Part shown: one piece after another, positions 1 through 5,343 of the stretch
Position numbering within the stretch: the first letter of the stretch is position 1
Layout: each line of letters starts with the position of its first letter
Assembly: GCA_009859145.1 (NCBI GenBank)
Contig: VRVR01000035.1
Location: 32,516 to 37,858, forward strand
DNA: 5,343 nt
Direction of reading: 5' to 3'
From: Andalucia godoyi And28
Taxonomy: Eukaryota > Protista > Jakobida
Translations under genes and position numbers: made by a program
The notes under the pieces: model-generated
The model's input: only the letters and a program-made list of their open reading frames with translations
What the model was told of the DNA's origin: nothing
The model's database searches: none

Positions 1-101
1 TCGAATAGTAGTTGTAATACTGCCGCTTCCAATAAAATGCAATTCACAGATCCTGACAACTCCAGCTTCCGCTGAATTTTCTTTAGGCTTCGTCTTTCCA
101 G

Positions 102-302
102 ATGGACGATGTTTACACTCTGAGGAAGTCGGCCTGCTTAATGCACTTGCGCTGCCTGCAGATCTCCTGCCACTGCGCGCTGTGTACTCTCTTTACGGAT
201 CATAAGATCTCGCGCCGGCGCCGTTATGAAGAGGCCGTCGTGCGAAGGTCGCACAGGACGTGCACGCCCTGCAGCGGATGGGACGGGCCAGAGCTGCTGT
301 AG
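102..302 (+). CDS. Possible small Cys-rich ORF or terminal exon of an upstream gene (unidentified)
   Basis: ATG102-TAG302, 66 aa. By my count 51 of 66 codons end in G/C. It is preceded by pyrimidine-rich YAG acceptor-like sites (CTTTAG 81-86, TTCCAG 96-101), and the frame is open from 87. It has 8 Cys plus His (HxxC, CxCxxC, CxxC). No family recognised. Competing open frames exist (+ 2-205; - 194 to the left edge). Confidence 0.3.
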   Translation: MDDVYTLRKSACLMHLRCLQISCHCALCTLFTDHKISRRRRYEEAVVRRSHRTCTPCSGWDGPELL

Positions 303-432
303 ATGCTCGTGGGCGTTAAAAAACTTGGTCGAGTAGCCTTCTCGTCCCTTTCAAATTTCAAGCAGGCTTTTTACAACAGCAAACAATTAAAACTCCAGCA
401 ACAAGAAAGAAAATCACCATCATCATCGTCAG

Positions 433-584
433 GTACTATTTGCTACCCTTCATCTTCTTTCATCTCCATCATCATCATCATCATTTATTTACTTATTCAT
501 TTATTCTTGATTCTTTGATTGTTATTATTATCATCCTCATCCTTATAATTATTATCATTTATTATAATTATTATCATTTATTAG
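433..584 (+). other. Putative 5'UTR spliceosomal intron of the carrier gene
   Basis: Donor CAG|GTACTA at 433, an AT-rich low-complexity body, and acceptor TTTATTAG ending at 584, 33 nt before ATG618. There is no in-frame ATG in the upstream exon (stop TAA at 388), so it would be non-coding. No clear branch point. No transcript evidence. Confidence 0.5.
543..580. repeat. Perfect 19-bp tandem duplication (TTATAATTATTATCATTTA x2) inside a CAT/ATT low-complexity tract spanning about 418-584
   Basis: Read directly: 543-561 and 562-580 are identical. The flanks are (CAT)n/(ATT)n microsatellite-like. Confidence 0.9.
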
Positions 585-617
585 AGGATATTCCGACACA
601 GCGGACTTTTGCCATGC

Positions 618-2675
618 ATGCAGCCTACAACTTCTAAGCCTTCGTATTCGTCGTCTGACAGGGTGTTTCCGGCCCAGCTGTCCTTCCCGTCGTCTTCTCT
701 TGTGGGTTCCACGAGCTTGCAATCGTCTCGCGACCATGACCTTAACAGCCGTTTCCCTTCTTCCGCTGCTTCCTGCCAATCATCACCATCTCGCCAGCAG
801 CAGCAGCAGCAGCAGGAGCCGATGCTTCACAAGGCGGCTGCATCTGCAAAGTCTGCGCTTGCGTATTCAGATAACGAGCTGGTGGCGATGTTTGAGCGAC
901 TGGATGTGTCAAAGAGTGGCAAGCTAGACAACCGCGATCTGTCGATGGCACTGGCGACACGATTTGTCCCTGCATCGCGTGCGAATGTGGATGCTCTGAG
1001 CGCACACATGTATGCACATCGCGGGAGAATGGAGAGGTTGCGAAACAGCATACGGTGGGACCATGGTTCACAGCTGGACTGGCGTGCGTGGACTTTGGAA
1101 CAGCAGCAGAATGAAGAAAACGAGCGGGTGGCTTCGGTGGCCAAGAACGCCGATGATGGCACTGCTGCTGAGCAACAACAGAACGGGATTGATTTCGAGA
1201 CGTTCTGTGCGTTTGTGAGGCGAAGAGAAGAAGAATTGTACGGAGTGTTTGTCACGCTGGATTCGAATCACGACGGACAGGTGACATATGGAGATCTTGT
1301 GCTGGCGATGGACAGGCTTGGGATCCCAAACGTGTCAGAGGATGATATTCGAGCGCTAATCCGCCACGTAGACTCGGACAGAGACGGAGCAATTGACTAC
1401 CGGGAATTTGTCGACTTCTGTTTGTTGCTGCCGCATGTCGAGTCCCCCGAGGCGGTGTTTTCGCAGTGGTTCAGCTCCGCGCAGGCAGTCATTGACTTTT
1501 CATCCGACATCTCGTCGATGATGCCCATGGAAATATTAGCTCCTGGGCAGCAGCGAATTCGTGGGCTTCACGTCGCTGAAAAGTCGCAGCAGAGAATAAT
1601 GTACGCGGATGCGTTGAAGGTTCTCTGTGCAGGGGCCGTCGCAGGGGCCGTTTCGAGAACCGTCACTGCACCACTAGACCGGCTCAAAATCCTGCTCCAG
1701 GCCAATGCCTTTCCCGTGCCCAAGCACATTCCTCAAAACTATGTTTCCGAGATCATGCAACCCGCTACCGTCACTGGAGCCACCGCCACCCCATCTTCCG
1801 CCTTGACCTCGGCGAGGGCGCCGCAGCCGTCGAGACGAAAAATTGGTGTCGCGCAGGGTCTGCGGATGATCTACCAGGAGGGCGGATTCCGAGCGTTCTT
1901 TCGTGGAAACGGAACCAATGTGACCAAAATCATTCCCGAGTCTGCAATCAAGTTTTTTGTCTACGAACATGTCAAGTCGATGTTTGTGCATGCACACAAC
2001 GTCAGGAACAGCGCGGTGTTCTTGGAGACTTCCTATCCGAGGCCGTATTCGACGAAACCGAGTGCACTGCAGAACCAACATGGGTCGTATGGACTGCAAA
2101 GCACGTACGACGCAAAGCAAGCCTCCTCGCTGAGTTCCATCAGCATGCTCGAGCGATTTACCTCGGGTGCAGTGGCGGGGCTCACCGCACAGGTGGCGAT
2201 TTATCCTTTTGAGGTCATCAAGACTCGTTTGGCCGTGGAACCCATCCATACGTCCATTGCTGCTTGTGCAAAGCATGTAGTGCGGCAGGGTGGGATAGGC
2301 GGTCTCTATCGCGGCCTCGCTGCGTCGTGTGTCGGAGTTGTCCCGTACTGCGGAATCGACTTGTCTGTGTATTCGTTTTTGAAGGATACGTGGTCCAGCG
2401 TGAATCCAGGAAAGGAACCGACCGTCCCCGTGCTTCTGGGCTGCGGAATGGTTTCATCTTCCATTGCACAGACCGTGGCGTATCCGCTGGCTGTGGCAAA
2501 GACCCGGCTGCAGCTCCAGGTCCATCGACAGTCCCTGATGAGCTGTCTTTCCGGAATCGTCGAAAAGGAAGGGGTCCGTGGCTTGTACGGCGGAATGATG
2601 GTCAACATGATGAAAGTCGTGCCTGCCGTCTCCATCTCATACGTTGTCTATGAAATGACCAAGACACTATTGTAA
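618..2675 (+). CDS. SLC25A24: Calcium-binding mitochondrial carrier (ATP-Mg/Pi carrier; SCaMC/APC, SLC25A23/24/25 and yeast Sal1 family)
   Basis: EF-hand loops DVSKSGKLDNRD (903-938), DSNHDGQVTYGD (1260-1295) and DSDRDGAIDYRE (1371-1406), plus a remnant GIDFETF. The linker LLLP...VFSQW...ID follows. Three carrier repeats: PLDRLK (1671), PFEVIK (2205), PLAVAK (2484; SCaMCs characteristically lack the acidic residue in repeat 3). Family-typical strings RGNGTNVTKIIPESAIKF, ERFTSGAVAG and PYCGIDLSVY. Intronless, ends at TAA. The track start at 609 is TTG; the first in-frame ATG is 618 and ATG822 is an alternative. The symbol denotes the family, not one-to-one orthology. Confidence 0.95.
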   Translation: MQPTTSKPSYSSSDRVFPAQLSFPSSSLVGSTSLQSSRDHDLNSRFPSSAASCQSSPSRQQQQQQQEPMLHKAAASAKSALAYSDNELVAMFERLDVSKSGKLDNRDLSMALATRFVPASRANVDALSAHMYAHRGRMERLRNSIRWDHGSQLDWRAWTLEQQQNEENERVASVAKNADDGTAAEQQQNGIDFETFCAFVRRREEELYGVFVTLDSNHDGQVTYGDLVLAMDRLGIPNVSEDDIRALIRHVDSDRDGAIDYREFVDFCLLLPHVESPEAVFSQWFSSAQAVIDFSSDISSMMPMEILAPGQQRIRGLHVAEKSQQRIMYADALKVLCAGAVAGAVSRTVTAPLDRLKILLQANAFPVPKHIPQNYVSEIMQPATVTGATATPSSALTSARAPQPSRRKIGVAQGLRMIYQEGGFRAFFRGNGTNVTKIIPESAIKFFVYEHVKSMFVHAHNVRNSAVFLETSYPRPYSTKPSALQNQHGSYGLQSTYDAKQASSLSSISMLERFTSGAVAGLTAQVAIYPFEVIKTRLAVEPIHTSIAACAKHVVRQGGIGGLYRGLAASCVGVVPYCGIDLSVYSFLKDTWSSVNPGKEPTVPVLLGCGMVSSSIAQTVAYPLAVAKTRLQLQVHRQSLMSCLSGIVEKEGVRGLYGGMMVNMMKVVPAVSISYVVYEMTKTLL
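795..815 (+). repeat. (CAG)7 microsatellite encoding polyQ in the carrier N-terminal extension
   Basis: Seven consecutive CAG codons, RQQQQQQQE. Confidence 0.95.
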
Positions 2676-2850
2676 GCACCCATACGCGCATGTGGCGGCG
2701 GGCATGCCCCCTCGACGTATTCTTCAATGCATCGTTGTTCCCCCCGGGGAGCGTGTGTATGTATATTGGTTTCCGTTTTGGGTTTCGTGTTTGGCTTGCT
2801 TGGTGTGTTTTGGCTGCCTCCCCCACCTTCTCCCCGGTTCGACCTTCCTC

Positions 2851-2871
2851 TTTTTTTTTTTTTTCTTTTTT
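2851..2871 (+). repeat. Poly-T tract (T14-C-T6) in the probable carrier 3'UTR
   Basis: Read directly. It lies in a GT/CT-rich stretch downstream of the stop codon, followed by TATATATAG (about 2921-2929). A role in 3' end formation is inference only. Confidence 0.8.
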
Positions 2872-3244
2872 GGCGCTTTGGAACCGAAGAATCGGCGGCC
2901 GTCCACCATCTGGTCTGTGTTATATATAGAAATTTTCTTTTTCGAGTGCTCCTCATGTTTTTCTTTCCTCTCCCTCTCCGCGGCAGCTCCTTGCATATAA
3001 AGTAGAACATCATCATGGCCATCAACGTGATCAACATGACCGCGCGCGCTCCTTCCTTCCAATGATGCCATTTGCAGCAGGGAATGGCCGATGAGGAGAG
3101 CATGTACCCCATGCAGAAGAAGAAAATAATAATTAACTGGAAAGACGATGAAGAATGAGAAAAGAGGGCAGGGAAAAAAATTATTTCTTTCACGATTTCA
3201 CTGCTCTATGAAACAAAAACAACATGAACATGGAGTTTGCTTGT

Positions 3245-3682
3245 TTAAGTACGAGGCTTCTCCTTCTTTCCACGCCAGAGTGCAAAAAGACCGACACCGG
3301 CAACCTTGACACACTTGAAGCGGACACCCGGAATATCACCAACAGCGTGGCCCGAGCGACCGAATCCGGCAACGAGAACCTCGTCGTTCTCATCGATGAA
3401 GTTCAAGCAACCATCATAAGGAACGAAGGCGGCAATCTTCTTTCCGTTCTTGATGAGCTGCACACGAACGGCCTTACGAATGGCGGAGTTCGGCTGCTTC
3501 GACTCAATTCCGATCTTTTCGAGGACGATTCCCTTGGCATGCGAGGCTCCTCCGAAGGGGTTTGCCTTCAAGGCAGTTCCGAAGTTGCGCTTCTTGTACT
3601 GCTTGTCCGACCAGCGCTGAACACGGCGGGTAGATTTGAGCTTGCGTCCTGCTTTAAGACCACGGGGTTTGTTTGCTCCCAT
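3245..3682 (-). CDS. RPS23: 40S ribosomal protein S23 (uS12)
   Basis: 145 aa with canonical eukaryotic motifs [25 protein letters not shown] (K62/P64 in yeast numbering; the Pro is the known OGFOD1/Tpa1 hydroxylation site), [35 protein letters not shown] and C-terminal KKEKPR. Intronless CDS, ATG to TAA. Confidence 0.99.
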   Translation of the reverse strand: MGANKPRGLKAGRKLKSTRRVQRWSDKQYKKRNFGTALKANPFGGASHAKGIVLEKIGIESKQPNSAIRKAVRVQLIKNGKKIAAFVPYDGCLNFIDENDEVLVAGFGRSGHAVGDIPGVRFKCVKVAGVGLFALWRGKKEKPRT

Positions 3683-3687
3683 ACTGC

Positions 3688-3910
3688 CTAACGATGATGA
3701 TGACCAAAAAAGAAGAAGAGGAGGAAAAAATTAGAATTTCAATCCAACAGCAAGAACAAGAAGAAGAAGAATAATAATAATAACCCGCCCCAATGAACAA
3801 GACAAGGGAAATTGGGTGCGTATCGCTTTCGGCAAAACCAGATTGACAACAAAGAAAGAGAGTCCTTGAGGAAGAACCAAGAATTGAAGGGAAATAAACC
3901 AGATACGTAC
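3688..3910 (-). other. Putative 5'UTR intron of RPS23 (223 nt)
   Basis: On the minus strand: donor ACG|GTACGTAT at 3910, branch-like TTCTAAT (3736-3730), a polypyrimidine tract, and acceptor TTAG ending at 3688 (alternative CAG ending at 3684), 5 nt before the ATG. Confidence 0.65.
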
Positions 3911-4063
3911 CGTTTGTGAATTGAGAATCGCAATAAAAGCCAAAAAGAAGAGGAGAAGGAGAGAGACAGACAACAAAAAGGATTTCAGTGATCATCATCA
4001 CGAAGAGGAAAATGGAGTAGACCGGAATCAAAAGGAACCGGGATCCATGCAGGTAGGGCAAGG

Positions 4064-4106
4064 AAACCCTAGCCATAAAAATCCCCGAACTCCTAATTAA
4101 CCCTAA
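4064..4106. promoter_or_regulatory. Telo-box-like motifs in the RPS23 upstream/divergent promoter
   Basis: AAACCCTA at 4064-4071 and TAACCCTAA at 4098-4106. The telo-box (AAACCCTA) is an established element of plant ribosomal protein and translation-factor promoters. Function here is inferred from position only. Confidence 0.55.
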
Positions 4107-4351
4107 TTACAACTCAGACTGCTTCAATTGATGCTTCTCCTCTTTCCCCGCTTTCGTCCGTTCACGAATCCTTCTCCATCGATGTCATTGCGATGATTGC
4201 GTTTCCAACTTTCTTGATTTTCGTCCGCATTTTGCATCACTGCAGTGACTTCTTATGGTACTGTAACTGTACGGGATAGTTGCTGCATAGAGACTATTTC
4301 ATTTTTGTATTCTAGTGGCTGTGCTCCAATGATTGCTGTGCAGCCGATGCA

Positions 4352-4663
4352 ATGAAGGCAAAGTGGGTAAACTTGATATCTCAGCTCATATCCTCGATCC
4401 TCGTCTCAGGACTTGTGCTGTACGTCTGGATGGTCCGTCACGTCTATCTGCACAATATCATATCAATGGAGGACTCGTTTGCCGTGCGATGCGCGAAATT
4501 TGCAGTCCTGATGTTCTGCATCAGCATATCCGCAGCGTCCATCGCGTCCGTCATCAAAAGGATGTTTGTCAGTCTGCTGTCGCCAGCTCCGCCGGCCCGC
4601 ATCCGATCTGCTCCCATTATGAAAACGATGAAGACCAGCCAAAAGCACCCGGCAAAGTCATAG
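4352..4663 (+). CDS. Probable small orphan membrane protein (two hydrophobic helices, basic/Pro-rich tail); may extend to ATG4255 through intron 4258-4315
   Basis: 103-aa ATG-TAG ORF with G/C-biased third positions. Hydrophobic segments LISQLISSILVSGLVLYVWMV and FAVLMFCISISAASIASVI. It lies divergent from RPS23, and the frame is open from 4316, right after an acceptor-like TTCTAG. No homologue recognised. Confidence 0.5.
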   Translation: MKAKWVNLISQLISSILVSGLVLYVWMVRHVYLHNIISMEDSFAVRCAKFAVLMFCISISAASIASVIKRMFVSLLSPAPPARIRSAPIMKTMKTSQKHPAKS

Positions 4664-4751
4664 ATTCCCCTGTCGTAAATAAAATAGAACAAAAATTAAA
4701 GGGAATTCATGCTAAAGGCACTCTCGGAAGCTCGGAGTAGGGTTGTTAACG

Positions 4752-4858
4752 GCAATATTGCAATGCAAGATAATGCATGCAAGAATAATGCAATTTTTTC
4801 ATTCGAATTTTGTGAGCTTGTTTTACTAAACACTAGTGCAAGATTATTGCAAGATAAT
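4752..4858. repeat. Cluster of four TGCAAGA(T/A)-type direct repeats plus a 10-bp palindrome
   Basis: TGCAAGATAAT 4764-4774, TGCAAGAATAAT 4778-4789, TGCAAGATTAT 4837-4847, TGCAAGATAAT 4848-4858; palindrome GCAATATTGC 4752-4761. Confidence 0.8.
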
Positions 4859-4946
4859 AATTAATGGATGCGACCATTTATGATGGGTGATCCTGATGAT
4901 AGGGATCAGGAATCGTACGTCGTTTTGCAAAGGATCGTTGCTTGGC

Positions 4947-5342
4947 TCATGCATCGTCGTCACCTCCCAGCTGAAGCAAGTCTCGCGAATCCTTTTCAGT
5001 TTCATCCACGCAAGCACTATCATCAAGTTCGTCATTGTCATCTTCGCATTCAACATCGAGAGCATAAACAAATGGGACATCGTCCAGGCAATCACCGGTC
5101 TCGAAGAGAGAAGGGACGTTTTGTATCTGTTGAAGCAGCTGCGTCCCTTCTTGAGAAACTGTCATAGCCCCTTGCTTGCCTTTTCTCATTCCTTCCGCAG
5201 CGAACCGGTCAATGATACCCTGTCCAAGTAATTCGATCTTGTCGTCGCTTTTCTTCTGCGCCATTGCTGCACGACGCGCTTCTTGGACAGCAACCCGTTT
5301 CTTTTGCGTTGCATCCAACATGCGATTTCGGAGTTTTGTCAG
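4947..5342 (-). CDS. 3' part of an unidentified protein-coding gene (helical/charged segment and acidic C-terminal tail), probably truncated by the window edge
   Basis: The frame is open from the right edge (LTKLRNR precedes Met5321) to TGA at 4949-4947. Composition is natural: basic helical KKRVAVQEARRAAMAQKK and acidic tail EDDNDELDDS...GGDDDA. No family recognised. Confidence 0.7.
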   Translation of the reverse strand: MTKLRNRMLDATQKKRVAVQEARRAAMAQKKSDDKIELLGQGIIDRFAAEGMRKGKQGAMTVSQEGTQLLQQIQNVPSLFETGDCLDDVPFVYALDVECEDDNDELDDSACVDETEKDSRDLLQLGGDDDA

Positions 5343-5343
5343 T

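Noticed and set aside
1-300. A minus-strand frame reads protein-like with G/C-rich third positions but contains several TAA/TGA (…REIL*SVKRVHSAQWQEICRQRK…), suggesting stop-codon reassignment or a pseudogene
   Set aside because: It shares third codon positions with the open + frame 102-302, which explains the bias. The long carrier ORF and RPS23 have no internal stops and end at TAA, so the standard code fits.
303-779. ORFs 303-518 (+), 440-637 (+) and 555-779 (-)
   Set aside because: The two + ORFs are Ile/His/Ser runs produced by CAT/ATT microsatellites in the promoter/UTR intron; the - ORF is largely antisense to the carrier 5' end.
700-2653. Multiple overlapping or antisense ORFs within the carrier gene
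   Set aside because: These are shadow frames of a well-supported CDS with no recognisable domains.
2602-3007. ORFs across the carrier 3'UTR, including the Lys/Arg-rich part of 2648-3193 (-)
   Set aside because: They stay open because the minus strand is purine-rich and T-poor; the poly-Lys/Phe runs derive from the poly-T tract.
3137-3148. 12-mer TCGTCTTTCCAG (minus strand) identical to 90-101 on the plus strand
   Set aside because: About one shared 12-mer is expected by chance in a 5.3-kb two-strand comparison, more so for pyrimidine-rich acceptor-like sequence.
3968-3999. Minus-strand GTGATGATGATCACTGA resembling box C plus box D
   Set aside because: The boxes are only a few nucleotides apart, leaving no room for a guide, and GAT/CAT repeats are common throughout this window.
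3190-4076. ORFs 3190-3393 (-), 3224-3691 (+), 3654-4076 (-), 3731-3976 (-) and 3739-3933 (-)
   Set aside because: These are antisense or off-frame shadows of RPS23, or low-complexity Phe/Leu/Ser translations of its pyrimidine-rich leader and intron.
4887-4974. CTGATGA (4893-4899) within hairpin TGATCC…GGATCA, and a CTGA at 4971-4974, suggesting a hammerhead ribozyme or C/D box snoRNA
   Set aside because: For a hammerhead, stem II and the GAAA core are missing (GGAAT instead). For a snoRNA, box C lacks the leading purine, no terminal stem is evident, the would-be guide overlaps the last codons of the minus-strand gene, and it does not match the similar 18S segment I recall. An Infernal/snoscan run would settle it.
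4844-5231. ORFs 4844-5095 (-), 4868-5167 (+) and 4887-5231 (+)
   Set aside because: They overlap the more protein-like minus-strand frame that is open to the window edge; most likely shadows.

Overview
This is gene-dense eukaryotic nuclear DNA, probably from an intron-poor protist or alga; the lineage cannot be assigned from this window. Two genes are clear: a calcium-binding mitochondrial ATP-Mg/Pi carrier (SCaMC/SLC25A24 family, + strand, first in-frame ATG 618 to 2675) and 40S ribosomal protein S23/uS12 (- strand, 3682-3245), facing each other convergently. There is also the 3' end of an unidentified gene with an acidic tail at the right edge (- strand), a probable small two-helix membrane protein (4352-4663, possibly starting at 4255 through a short intron), and a weak Cys-rich ORF at the left edge. 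I see no evidence of mobile elements, CRISPR arrays, rRNA or tRNA, and cannot support a claim of a new biological system: this is mostly a housekeeping region. Worth a second look: (1) three genes each have a candidate 5'-proximal intron with the same G|GTAC donor; (2) telo-box/telomere-like motifs lie in the RPS23 divergent promoter; (3) the carrier has a split EF-hand 2 and two large loop insertions; (4) there are several small orphan codon-biased islands. Several entries in the supplied ORF track start at TTG/CTG (e.g. 609), which is not the expected start for a nuclear gene.
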